A DNA stretch of 63,073 bases, the filler included, from Octopus bimaculoides (Eukaryota), in NCBI RefSeq assembly GCF_001194135.2. It is 8 parts of 8 records of this genome, joined end to end, with 100 filler letters (N's around TTAATTAATTAA, not from the genome) between each part and the next. Parts side by side here need not be neighbours in the genome. Positions count along the whole stretch, not along the records: positions 49,401 to 59,280 come from NC_069004.1; positions 59,381 to 63,073 come from NC_068987.1; 6 more parts are not named here. One strand, given 5' to 3'. How positions within the stretch are numbered: the first letter of the stretch is position 1; each line of letters starts with the position of its first letter. Positions 51,042-63,073 of the stretch are shown piece after piece. Made by a program: the position numbers and the translations under genes. The notes beneath the pieces were generated by a model. It saw only the letters and a program-made list of their open reading frames with translations. It was not told the origin of the DNA and did no database searches.

Positions 51042-51480
51042 GTTTCAACTCGTGAGATGCGGCCATGCCGGGGCACCGCCCTTAGATTTGCAGTAATTTC
51101 ACTCTTTGAAACCTCCTCTCATTTAGCATTTTGTGAATGAGGCAATTTGATATCGCTGCCATCCACTGTATTTCCTGCCGCGAGGTGGCTTCATCCGGAA
51201 TACAAATATATTGGGACAAAAGTATATAGTATCTGCTTGAGTCACCAAAGCAAAACCTTGCTATAATACCGAGCACTTGAGCACTGAGCACTGCCAAAAA
51301 TTGATTGAGCCGATTGCTTAAAGCATATAAAAATCCTCTGACACTCTCTGAAAGTACAAGACTCTTACGGATTCGTGCTATTTTTGTTGTTATGATTTCA
51401 TTGGTGTTGTATAGGCAGCTTCTCTTTAATACGATGGACTCGCTGCCAGTAATTTGAGAGGTGTTCATTCAGGCGGATAA
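51042..51480 (-). mobile_element. CR1-group LINE 3' end, second diverged copy
   Basis: LLSQYICIPDEATSRQEIQWMAAISNCLIH aligns with LLLPKVPNEHTSRQETQKRAPVSNSFLH of 36238-36930. Ends GGCGGTGCCCCGGCATGGCCGCATC..TTGAAAC. Confidence 0.75.
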
Positions 51481-54400
51481 TTTGTACCCAGAAAACAATA
51501 AAGTTAGACGCTCAAACAATTCCACCTAAAACGGTATATATTTATCGTTTCCGATAAGGTGAATAGCAAAATGAACTCAGTACAGTTTGAACACAAAGGA
51601 CAGTTACTCGGATCAAAAGCGATACTGAATTCTTTCCTTCGCTGTTCTAATGATTCTGCGAGTTACATATAATATATTATGCCAGTGGGACTCCGTGGAA
51701 ATTCCACAGAACAAAAAAGATTAAGAGAAACTATTTAAGAAAGAAAGGATGATCTGTATTTTTATAGCATTCATAGTTTAACTTTCTCTAAATATTCTTG
51801 ACATTTGTCTACATTCATTTCGTCACGTCTCCGTCGGTGTTGTCTTTTTCTTTTTTTATTGTATCTTCTCGCTGTTCCTCTCTGATCCGTGTTCTGTATC
51901 TGTGCATCCTTTCTCGGGCAGCTTGCAGTTGTGTTTTTGTGAATCCAGAGTTTAGACTAGATTTAACCTTATAATCAAATATACATTTTTTACGCGATCA
52001 GACGACAAATAATTGCACTCATGCATATGCAATGGTCGCTGTAAAAAATTTGTTCATTAGAAAAAAAAATTCCATGTTAGTTATATGCAAAAATAGTCAG
52101 TAGTAAAAAGTACTGAGGTAAATACCGGCGAAAAAAAGCGATTAACGCCAAAATCATCTTTGACTCCAAATATCAATCTTCTTTCAAACGAAAACTATAC
52201 TTAAATTTCACTTTTCGGTCCTCGATAAAATGAGGCGGCCTTCTGCCAAAATTGGAAACTATTACTGCAAAATATTTGACTCAATTCAGTATTTAGGTAT
52301 CTTGCAAAGATCTACCTCATATAATACACTATATTGTAATAAATATATAATTGTAATAAATATATATTATAATAAATATTCACATACTGCGGCGTCAACA
52401 TTTACTCTCTCGCGGCTACTTCTTTGTCACTAATTCAGTTTTTTACCAAATTTGATGATGTTTATACATTTTTACATTGTTCACCTCCTAAACTACATTT
52501 TGAGCTACAAAATTTGAAATTCGGTTCAGTAGAAAAAAAGATGAGATTTCAAATATCTAAGGGCAAAAATGTCAGAATAATGCCTGAAATCAACTTCAGG
52601 GATACACACGCGACGCTGTATACATACGTTTGTAAATACACACAAATCTCACCACACACACAAATGGACACACACACACACGCACACACACACAAACAAT
52701 GCACATACACACAGAAGTAACTTTTAAAAGCCCTTGAAGGGAAACGAAGGTGAGCGTAACGAACACGTAGCTTTAAGGAAAGAGCGGGGTAAGTTGACAA
52801 CATTTAATGACAAGTAGACTCTTTCCTGCTGTCCATCATAAATAATCACTCACACATAGACACACACATGCATACATACATACATACATACATACATACA
52901 TACATTCATACATACATTCATACATACATACATACATACTTATTGCAGAAAAATGCTACTAAGGTTTAAAGTTTAATCATTTTCACTTAATCAGAGAACA
53001 GGATTTAGAAGCTGGCAGCTTCTGCATGGAAGATATCTATCACGAAATGAAAACAAAATCATTATACGAGGAGGAAATTTTACTAAAGAAACGAAAGCAA
53101 CGCATTATGACGACCAAAGTTGTAAGAACTTCTGAAGTTTTAATAAGTTTTTCGTTTGCTTTTAAATTTGAATGCAATATTAAGAGTAGCAGAACTTAGA
53201 TTATTATTTCTTAGGGTAAATTGACAAGGTTTTTGCTTTCAGATAGTATGAGAGGATTTTCAGAGTAGCAAGATTCAATTTTATTATTTTCAGGAAAGTT
53301 GACAAAAACAGGAGCTAAATTGCAGGCTTTATTTTGTATGAATTTTGACGAACAAACTAACTTGGCCCTAACATGAGCAGGTGGCTCGTTCTGCCTTACG
53401 ATGGATGCATGGCTATTTTTGCATTCTAAAAAAAATTCATATTAGCCATGGCTTTACTATTCATATGATCGGATTCTCTTCTTACTATATGGTTCATATA
53501 TTCTCATACTACTTCTTGCTAGCTCTTCTTACTATATATAGATATAGCTCATTTATTTCTTGGTTTTATAATAAAATTAGTATTACAGTAATATTCACTA
53601 TTATGAAGAAACGTATTTTTCATAATGAATTTTTGCACTTTATTTTTGGCGCTTTAGTATTATGCACTTTGTTTCAATATAAAAAATTTATATCCAGTGA
53701 AGATATAGGATTTAATATTTTTTACAATTATAATTACATTTATCATTATTCTAAAAAATTATTAATTTTAAAGGAAATTAATATACAGGCAGGTTTCATT
53801 TAATTCAAATATTTTTTAATGAAAGAATATTTATTAATTTTATNNNNNNNNNNNNNNNNNNNNNNNNNNNNNNNNNNNNNNNNNNNNNNNNNNNNNNNNN
53901 NNNNNNNNNNNNNNNNNNNNNNNNNNNNNNNNNNNNNNNNNNNNNNNNNNNNNNNNNNNNNNNNNNNNNNNNNNNNNNNNNNNNNNNNNNNNNNNNNNNN
54001 NNNNNNNNNNNNNNNNNNNNNNNNNNNNNNNNNNNNNNNNNNNNNNNNNNNNNNNNNNNNNNNNNNNNNNNNNNNNNNNNNNNNNNNNNNNNNNNNNNNN
54101 NNNNNNNNNNNNNNNNNNNNNNNNNNNNNNNNNNNNNNNNNNNNNNNNNNNNNNNNNNNNNNNNNNNNNNNNNNNNNNNNNNNNNNNNNNNNNNNNNNNN
54201 NNNNNNNNNNNNNNNNNNNNNNNNNNNNNNNNNNNNNNNNNNNNNNNNNNNNNNNNNNNNNNNNNNNNNNNNNNNNNNNNNNNNNNNNNNNNNNNNNNNN
54301 NNNNNNNNNNNNNNNNNNNNNNNNNNNNNNNNNTAATACGTCTTTGGCTAATTGGTTACTTCACCTAATTTGTCACTTCCAGTTGTCTTCTTGGGATGGC

Positions 54401-55234
54401 TAATTAAGCGAATTCTACTGTATTTTTTAAAATTGATTTTATTTTATTTAATTTTTAAAATATTGCTTTTTACGAAATCTAAGCCGATGGACTTAAATAC
54501 AAACTTAAATAATTTGGCTTCAGTAATGTTTTTCTGAAAATAATAATAATTACTGGGGCTGTACATAACAAGAGTTTCTAAAGAAGCCCATTGGCTTAAA
54601 ATCGGATGGGCTTATTTTTGGAAAAAACCTAGTTATGTTTTTATAATTTTTGTTTCAATAAAATATAGCAAATTTCAAAAATGTTATTTTCGGCTGCAAT
54701 ATTTTAAGTACAGTAGAATTCTAATTTTAAGTGCTTTTTAGTTTCCTTTAGAGGTGACAAATTAGGCAAATTCTACTGTAGAAATCTTGTTCCTGTACTT
54801 TTCTAGGTGTAATAACTTAAGAATATTAACATGCATGCGCTCGCATTTTTCATTGTAATCATTCAACTACGGTAGTAGTTGAATAATATTCTTCAGGCCG
54901 CAATTTACTCACACACAGCATCTTTCAGAGCTGGTCGCTAATATGATTCTTAACCAAATTGAAAAGTGTTAACATTTATAAAGAGGACTGGTCACTAACT
55001 ACATTTGAGCATAAAGCAATTGAGATTTGATCCAGTAGAAAAAAAGTTTACATTAAAATTTGTAGCAATGTTATAGGAGAGTACGTAATGCCACTAATCA
55101 TGTTTAGATCTAAATTTTGTTTTTATTTTAAAAACAAAATATATTTATCTTAGCTTCAATGATAGAATAAAAGAAAGCATGAGGAATTTCATAGTTTCGG
55201 TCCCATGCAAGAAAAAATTGTATAAAAAAGTTGT

Positions 55235-55443
55235 GAGGTAAAATATCCTCTTCTACTCTAGGCACAAGGCCTGAAATTTTGTGGGTCGGGGCTAGTCGAT
55301 TAGATCGACCCCGGTACACAAATGGTACTTAGTTTATCGACTCCAAAAGGATGAAAGGCAAAATCAATCACGGCGTAATTTGAACTCAGAACGTAGGGAC
55401 GGGCGAAATACCGCTCAGCATTTCGTCCAGAGCATTAACGATG
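55235..55443 (-). mobile_element. SINE family D
   Basis: Reverse complement of copies at 62316-62785. Confidence 0.85.
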
Positions 55444-55799
55444 AAAAAAATATAAGTAAGGCAAAAAATTCGATTTAAGTATAATTAACTTTATATTTTA
55501 ATATCAAGCTATATTTTAATTGAGCTTAAATGAGAGAGCTCAATTCGAGGAATTTCATAGTATCAATCTCAAGCAATGAGTTTTTAAATGAAAAAAGTTA
55601 TGAGTATTTGTTTCTCAAATCTGAGCGTGATAATATAGTTCTATAATTTCTCTATAGGGGTACTTTTAATATACGTAAACGGCATCATTGAAGTACGGAA
55701 AAAATTATCAACGACACCGCTACCTGACATATTTCATTATTATTTAGTATAATGGAAAAGTACAATGGAAAAGACATGGATAACATGGAAATATGCGAG

Positions 55800-58123
55800 C
55801 AAGAGAATTAATATTTTTAAGATTACAAACCTGGAAAATTACAAGCTATTACACTTGAAAGTTCAGGACATATTACATCTGATAAAGTACAGATGTAGCA
55901 AATTTTTACTTAAAATATTGCAGCTAAGGATAAAATTTGAATATTAAAAATTATTTGATTTTAATTTACAAAGTAATATTATAATTAAAAATGGTACCAT
56001 CATTTTGTTAAAATATTGACATACTAGAAAACTTAAAGAATAAGCGCCAGAGGTACTAATATAGCTAAAGTTTTATGCAAAGTAGAATAGTATATATGGT
56101 AGGCAAATTCATGTAAAAATAGGCATTAGGCCAAGACTAAAAAAATGTGAAGACTTGACAATAACTTAAGCAAATTTTACTGTGAATTTGTTGTTATTGG
56201 TAGGTTTTACTGTAATACATAACTAATTTTTGTATTATTCTTTTTATTGTACTAACTAATTATGTACTACTATTATTTTTTAATAAGCTATTTTCAAATT
56301 GCCAATTAATAAATAACACTGGTCAACACGATGTTTGGTGCCAAGAGACAAAACATGTTTTTTTTAGCTAATTTGATGGTGCTGATTCTGAAAATGACCT
56401 TAGTTTTTCATGGTTAGCTACCGTTTTTGCTGTACTGAAATTGCTCATTTTTGGAAAAAAGATCAATTTACGATCTTGGCTGATCGTAAAATATAGTTTA
56501 AAAAGGTAGTAGAGACCCATGAATTTTCAGGTAGGTCGAGCAATTTATGTCAGCCACCTGAAATAAACTATTTTTATAAGAAAAAAGTGTTTATAAGTCA
56601 AAACCTTTAAAATAGAAGTACCGAATTTTCCCAATTCATTGCCAAAATTCAAATTAACTGACAAGCTTTATCAGTAGTACACTTCAGTAAACCTGATAAT
56701 TAAGGTGACATAAAAAAAAATGAAGCCCTAAAATCCTCTGAATGATATTCATAAATCTATCCAATCACTCTTATCCCTTCAATAGGGAAGGATACCAAGC
56801 ACATTGAGAGCTTTTGTTTTCACAGTTGGAAAAATGCTCCAACGAGTCTTCCCGTAGGATATTAGGAAAGATCAAATTACATAAATGTGAACACGCAAAG
56901 TGTAATGTAAACGCTCAACCAACTCATGTTCTTTTTTAATCATAGAGATAGATATCAAATGACATGGCTTCAACGATAGGATGCAAAAATGATCCCAACT
57001 TATTCTGCTATACAAGCGGCGAGTTCACACCGAAAGCCAACAGGAATCCGATATCTGACTTTTACAAGAAAGCCTATCGTGCTTACTTTCACGTCGAGCT
57101 TGGTGATCAGGACAAATCATGGGCCCCTCACATTGTTTGCAAGACATGTTTGGAACACATAAAACAGTGGACTTCAGGTACCTGAAAATCGCTGAGATTC
57201 ACTATTCCTATGATCTGGCGTGAGCCAAAGAGCCACTCTGATGAATGTTACTTCTGCTCAGTCAGTGTTGCGGGACTGAACCAAAGGAAACGCAGATCTA
57301 TCGACTATCCCAGTCTTCATTCCGTTATTGGACCATTGGACCAGTGCCGCATTCAGATGGTTTGCCAATCCCAGTTTTTCACGAAAATTTGTTGACGAGT
57401 CCGATACTGATGTAAATAAGAGATACAGCGAAAACGATCTTGACTATGTTTTCGACTAAGTTAAATAGCATTGAACATGACAGACAATCAAGAAAGAGAA
57501 AATTTTTACCATAGCTAATATGTTCACGAAGGTTTTATTTCTGCCGTTAGTTTATTTAATGATTTGATGAAAATACTTGTTGGTCTTGGTATATTCAGTC
57601 GTACTTTGAGAAATATTGCCATCGATCGATATCAAATATACAGAAAACAAATGAAAAAAATGCTTTGTTCCCCCAAAATGAGGCATTTCTGCTCAGCAAA
57701 AACGGTAGCTAAGCAAGAAAAAGTAAGGTCATTTTCAGATTCAGCGCCCTTAAATTAGCTAAAAAAAAGTTGATTGGTGTCTCGACACCATTTCAAAAAG
57801 ATCTTTTTGTTGACCAGTGTAATTAAAATAATGAATTTTTTTAAAGTGCAAAAAAATATTGAGTTATATTTTTATTTTTAATAAAAGTAACAAGTAATAA
57901 CAAATAGAAGTAATAATTTGTAATCAAATTTTTATATTTAATTAAAGCTAATATTTTCTAAATCTAAATATTTTATTTGAAATTTTATCCCTAGCTGCAA
58001 TATTAAAATTTTTTCTTGTTCTGTACTTTACCAGATGTAATAACTTGCCCTGAACTTTGCCAAGTGTAATAACTTGTCCTGTAATTTTCCAGGTCTATAA
58101 TCCTAAGAATATTATTTCTCTTG
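55800..58123. mobile_element. AT-rich foldback-like element (inverted arms with ~29-bp subrepeats) containing the Chapaev insertion
   Basis: 55800-55950 is the reverse complement of about 57970-58123; subunit CTGTACTTTACCAGATGTAATAACTTGCC. Confidence 0.65.
56317..57819 (+). mobile_element. Chapaev3-like (CMC superfamily) DNA transposon, internally deleted, 1503 bp
   Basis: Termini CACTGGTCAACA / TGTTGACCAGTG, imperfect TIRs of about 130-150 bp, 3-bp TSD TAA. 56964-57350 encodes CKNDPNLFCY..GEFT..KKAYRAYF..LGDQDKSWAPHIVCKTC..W, PMIWREPKSHSDECYFC with one stop. Family assignment is from recalled motifs. Confidence 0.85.
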
Positions 58124-58711
58124 TAGACGTTATTTTCTTTCAGTTGACACATTTAAGCCTTTAGTAATATTGATAAAACGAATAGAGTGAACTGGCTGTA
58201 CTGCATGTTCACCGCACACTTTTAATCAATTTTAATAAATAAATTATTAAATAAATAAATAAATAAAAAGTCTTGCAAATGGAGACCAACAACAGTCTCT
58301 TTGCAGTCTGTTTGATCATTTGATTCGTTACATTTGATACGTTACATTTGATTTATTACATTCACTACTGTGTTCACCAGCGACCAACTAAGTCCATACT
58401 CCCTCCAATTGTACTCATTCTTTACACCCGTTTCTCTACTTATTGTCATTCATTCCATGTGATGCTTCTAAGAACACGTATCACAAGCAATACTTGAGAC
58501 CCTCATTTCATGGTTTCCCTCATTCGAATCCCTACTAGCTCATACTCTTTCTTACAGGTGTCGACTTGCAAGAGTGGATGCTTAATGTCATCAGCCTAAA
58601 TTTAATCAAGAAGCCAAAATGTATCATGGCTACAGTTTCTTACTTCTGAGTGAAAACTTAAACGATGAAAGTTTTTTTTCTTATTCTAGGACTAGAATAC
58701 ACAATGAGAAC

Positions 58712-59072
58712 TACATGGTTCCGGGTTCAGTCCTAATGCCTGGCACCTTGGACAAGTATTTTCTATAGACCCGGAATGACCAAAGCCTCGGGAGTGGATT
58801 TGGTAGACGGAAAGTTAAAGACCGTTGTATATATCTCTATGTGTGTGTAAGTGTCTTTGTGTCTGCTTGTCTCACTCAACACCGATTGACTATCGGCGTT
58901 GGTGTGTTTACGTCCAGTAAATAAGTACTTCGCCAAAATACGCCGATAGAATAAGTACCAAGTTTCAAAAAAAAAAAAAAAGTAGAAAAGATTTGGGATC
59001 GATTCCTTTGGCTAAAAATTCTTCAAGGCGGTGCCCCAGCATGGCCCTAATCTAATGACTGAAATAAGTAAA
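58712..59072 (+). mobile_element. SINE family A, diverged
   Basis: CATGGTTCCGGGTTCAGTCC, CACCTTGGACAAGT, tail AAGGCGGTGCCCCAGCATGGCC..GACTGAAA. Confidence 0.85.
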
Positions 59073-59232
59073 TAATTTTAGCAAGCATAGCAAAACAAAA
59101 GTGCCCATGCTACTCTTGGCCTTTTGTCGTACAGCTTAGTTACGGGGACGTAAACACATCAACAACGGTTGTCAAGCGATAGCGGGGTGACGCGGACACA
59201 AGCACATGAATACATACATACATATGTGTGTG

Positions 59233-59280
<48 letters not shown>

Positions 59281-59380
59281 NNNNNNNNNNNNNNNNNNNN
59301 NNNNNNNNNNNNNNNNNNNNNNNNTTAATTAATTAANNNNNNNNNNNNNNNNNNNNNNNNNNNNNNNNNNNNNNNNNNNN

Positions 59381-59411
<31 letters not shown>

Positions 59412-61193
59412 ACAGAATTTTGTCAGTGAACAGGTCGCGGTCTCAAAGCGACGAAAATATTCTGACAAATTAAATTTAAATATTGAAGTGAATCTAACGG
59501 ATTTTGTGTGTTATTTTAAATAGATTATAAACACCTTCCACGCTGAAATTGTATATATATATATATTCAATAGCGAATTAAAAGCAGTGTTAGTGGTGCA
59601 AGCATTATCGAACGCACATAATGTATGTATTGTGTGTATTGGCTGGATTCGCTGCGAAACAGCGCTTGGGGACGACCCTGATAAGGTTGAGTGCTAAGAC
59701 ACCTGAAAGTCATAGACAGGCGTGACAACTCGCCACGGATCGAATCCAGGAGTGCAGCACCCTAACTTTTAGGCCACGCACTATCTTGTGTGTGTGTATG
59801 TATGTATGTATGTCAGGTCATTTGTGAAGTCTTTAATTAGAGCTACTGGTAACACGGAATCCTTTACAACCTGTTGCTTGATCAGGTTGTCGGCAACTAA
59901 ACCGACCATCCTCACTGGCAAACCTAGTGAGGAGGGTTGCTAGAAACCCAGTAGAGTTAAAAACAAAATCTGTCGAAAGGACGGATGAACCAAGTGTAAG
60001 TTCAGCGACTACCTAGCAATAACACGAATCCTCAGAAATTCCGGTTTGGTGTCGGGCGTGCGAGAAGACCACTGGGAGTGAGGTAACCCTCAGCTTGCAC
60101 GGTCGTCTGCTGTCATTCAAAAGAGAAATCTGGACCATATCTTGGAGAGGAACTTTCTGACGAGACACAAAGAAGCACCAAAATAAATGTGTCAGTGTGA
60201 TGAGAACTGTCTCCTAACTTCTGCTCAGAAGATAATGGGCAATCTTAAGTATGGTATAGAATAAAAGACAATTACCCCAGGCTCAGTGAGATCGAACCTG
60301 AAACGACATGATAACAATTCAAACTTGTTAACCACTCGGCCATGCCTGCGTCCCTTATTAAAAGACTAGAAATACATGGTTACTTCACTTGAAGTTACCC
60401 GCTCTCAGTTCCTTACTGGCTCTGCTTCACACTAAGTTTTCACCTATCAGCAGAATTACTGCATCCCTATGACACACACACACACACACACTCTCTCTCC
60501 CTCTCCCTCTTGATCTCTCTCTCTCTCACACACACACACACGNNNNNNNNNNACTCTCTCCCTCTCCCTCTTGCTCTCTCTCTCTCTCACACACACACAC
60601 ACGCACATACACGCGCGAGCATGCACACACCTGCGAACCAAAATGTCTTCGTTTTATCACCCTCTACTAGTCAGCCCTTCCTTTACAATGCGTTACCTCT
60701 TGCAACTTCCGCTTAATGTAACCCAACCCTGGAACTAAACCGTACTTCCCCCACCTTAATCTCTTCTCCTTGTCAACTGGTCGGGCTAAATCCCATAAAC
60801 CATCCTGTCTTCTTACGATTATCTAGGAATATATCATCTATGTGCCCTTTCCTTTTTTCAAAGCGACCGTGGGTTTGACGGATATTTGACTATTAAGTCA
60901 GTGACCATTCACAACTTCCTCGCTGATGATGTATACAGATGAAACAGAGTGACACATCTGCCTGCAGGGTTCTTCTTGATATCTAAAACAATGCCTTGGG
61001 ATGTTTCCAAGCTCATGCTTCAAAACTTCGGTGATAGTGTGTGTATGTCCCCGTAACTTAGCGATTCGGCAAAGGACACCAATGAAACAAGTGCCAAAGC
61101 TTAAAGGAAGAGGTAAGTGCCTGGGTCGATGTATTCGACTAAAAATTCTTCGGCTGTTCTTTAAAGAACCGCAAGAGAGGTAAGCCCTGTTCA

Positions 61194-61341
61194 TTGTGCA
61201 ACAACATGAGTGAAGTGAATACCATCAAAAATCATAATAGAAATGTTATGATTTATACAGAAGGGGGAACCTGCAAAGATTCCCATTTAGTGTACGGTGC
61301 AGAATGCACGAAACATAACTTGATTTATGTTGGTTGTACAA
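61194..61341 (+). mobile_element. Penelope-like GIY-YIG endonuclease fragment running into a gap
   Basis: GGTCKDSHLVYGAECTKHNLIYVGCT fits the C-x(4-5)-VY-x3-C-x2-(C/H)-x3-YVG-x-T pattern. Confidence 0.75.
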
Positions 61342-62315
61342 NNNNNNNNNNNNNNNNNNNNNNNNNNNNNNNNNNNNNNNNNNNNNNNNNNNNNNNNNNN
61401 NNNNNNNNNNNNNNNNNNNNNNNNNNNNNNNNNNNNNNNNNNNNNNNNNNNNNNNNNNNNNNNNNNNNNNNNNNNNNNNNNNNNNNNNNNNNNNNNNNNN
61501 NNNNNNNNNNNNNNNNNNNNNNNNNNNNNNNNNNNNNNNNNNNNNNNNNNNNNNNNNNNNNNNNNNNNNNNNNNNNNNNNNNNNNNNNNNNNNNNNNNNN
61601 NNNNNNNNNNNNNNNNNNNNNNNNNNNNNNNNNNNNNNNNNNNNNNNNNNNNNNNNNNNNNNNNNNNNNNNNNNNNNNNNNNNNNNNNNNNNNNNNNNNN
61701 NNNNNNNNNNNNNNNNNNNNNNNNNNNNNNNNNNNNNNNNNNNNNNNNNNNNNNNNNNNNNNNNNNNNNNNNNNNNNNNNNNNNNNNNNNNNNNNNNNNN
61801 NNNNNNNNNNNNNNNNNNNNNNNNNNNNNNNNNNNNNNNNNNNNNNNNNNNNNNNNNNNNNNNNNNNNNNNNNNNNNNNNNNNNNNNNNNNNNNNNNNNN
61901 NNNNNNNNNNNNNNNNNNNNNNNNNNNNNNNNNNNNNNNNNNNNNNNNNNNNNNNNNNNNNNNNNNNNNNNNNNNNNNNNNNNNNNNNNNNNNNNNNNNN
62001 NNNNNNNNNNNNNNNNNNNNNNNNNNNNNNNNNNNNNNNNNNNNNNNNNNNNNNNNNNNNNNNNNNNNNNNNNNNNNNNNNNNNNNNNNNNNNNNNNNNN
62101 NNNNNNNNNNNNNNNNNNNNNNNNNNNNNNNNNNNNNNNNNNNNNNNNNNNNNNNNNNNNNNNNNNNNNNNNNNNNNNNNNNNNNNNNNNNNNNNNNNNN
62201 NNNNNNNNNNNNNNNNNNNNNNNNNNNNGACTATTTACCTTCGTGAAGAGTTACGTCAATCCTTTTTTTAAAATATTATTATTATTATTATTATTATTAT
62301 CATTATTATTAACAA

Positions 62316-62785
62316 GGCGGTGAGCTGGCAGAATGGTTAGCGCGTTGGACAAAATGCTTAGCGGTATTTCGCTTGTCACTACGTTGTGAGTTTAAATTCC
62401 GCCGAAGTCGACTTTGCCTTTCATCCTTTCGGGGTCGGTAAAATAAGTACCAGTTAAACACTGGGGTTAATGCAATTTCAGACCTTGTGCCTATAGTAGA
62501 AAAGATTATTATCATTATCATCATTTTTATTATCATCATCATCATCATCATCATCATTATTATTATTATTATTATTAAGCTGACAGAATCGTTAGTACGC
62601 CGAGCAAAATGTTTCACGGCATTTCGTCTGTCTTTACAATCTGAGTTCAAATTCCTCCGATGTCGACTTTGTCTTTCGTCCTTTCGGGATCGATAAATTA
62701 TGTGTCAGTGGCGCACTGGGGTCGAAGTAATCGACTAGTCTCCTCCCGCATAACTTTAAGCCTTGTGCCTCTAGTAGAAAGGATT
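62316..62785 (+). mobile_element. Two tandem copies of SINE family D separated by (ATT)(ATC)n
   Basis: GGCGGTGAGCTGGCAGAAT head and GTCGACTTTG(C/T)CTTTC(A/G)TCCTTTCGGG core in both. Confidence 0.9.
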
Positions 62786-62865
62786 ATGATTATTATTATT
62801 ATAACTAGTCCCCAAGCAGGCTTGTGATCAATGACATTTCAGGAATAACCATTTTGTGGATGGTG

Positions 62866-63073
62866 GTGGAGGCACTCCGTCGCTTGCGACGTCGAGGGTT
62901 CCAGTTGATCCAATCAACGGAACAGCCTGCTCGTGAAATTAACGTGCAAGTGGCTGAGCACTCCACAGACACGTGTACCCTTAACGTAGTTCTCGGGGAT
63001 ATTCAGCGTGACACAGTGTGACAAGGCTGACCCTTTGAATTACAGGCACAACAGAAACAGGAAGTAAGAGTGA
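62866..63073 (-). mobile_element. SINE family C 3' part (cut by window end)
   Basis: Matches 12002-12210. Confidence 0.92.

Noticed and set aside
53381-53803. 140-aa hydrophobic ORF, possible NUMT or membrane protein
   Set aside because: Very AT-rich DNA yields such ORFs; no recognisable mitochondrial or other motif.
60924-60955. CTGATGA...GAAAC near the GIY-YIG fragment
   Set aside because: No stem I, no 10.1-11.1 pair, and G at the cleavage position.
648-63021. Long ORFs in the supplied track (YIYI, HTHT, poly-D/M/V/S, X-rich)
   Set aside because: Translations of microsatellites, SINEs or N gaps.
1-63073. CRISPR array, rRNA or prokaryotic operon
   Set aside because: No repeat-spacer array, rRNA similarity or gene-dense region; the sequence is animal-like repeat DNA.

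Overview
Eukaryotic, repeat-saturated, gene-poor genomic DNA from a gapped draft assembly. It is most likely octopus/cephalopod; this is an inference from the SINE families, which resemble octopus tRNA-derived SINEs as I remember them, not a database result. Seven artificial N-TTAATTAATTAA-N linkers join separate contigs, so order across them is uncertain. Nearly all long ORFs in the supplied track are translated microsatellites or gaps. Supportable content: about six interspersed SINE-like families; 3' ends of a CR1-like LINE; three R4/Dong-like RT fragments; Penelope-like (GIY-YIG) fragments; four Tc1/mariner remnants; a TSD-flanked Chapaev3-like element; a TSD-flanked hAT-type MITE; TTAA MITEs; several palindromes; one near-intact tRNA-Asp(GTC); and a few low-confidence small exons. 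The most notable signal is a type I hammerhead ribozyme with an intact catalytic core at 38955-39033 (+). It is mirrored by a core-mutated copy on the opposite strand inside a ~600 bp inverted repeat. A second head-to-head inverted structure at 44945-45995 is made of Penelope-like endonuclease 3' ends. I found no CRISPR array, rRNA or complete protein-coding gene, and no convincing evidence for a wholly new multi-gene system.
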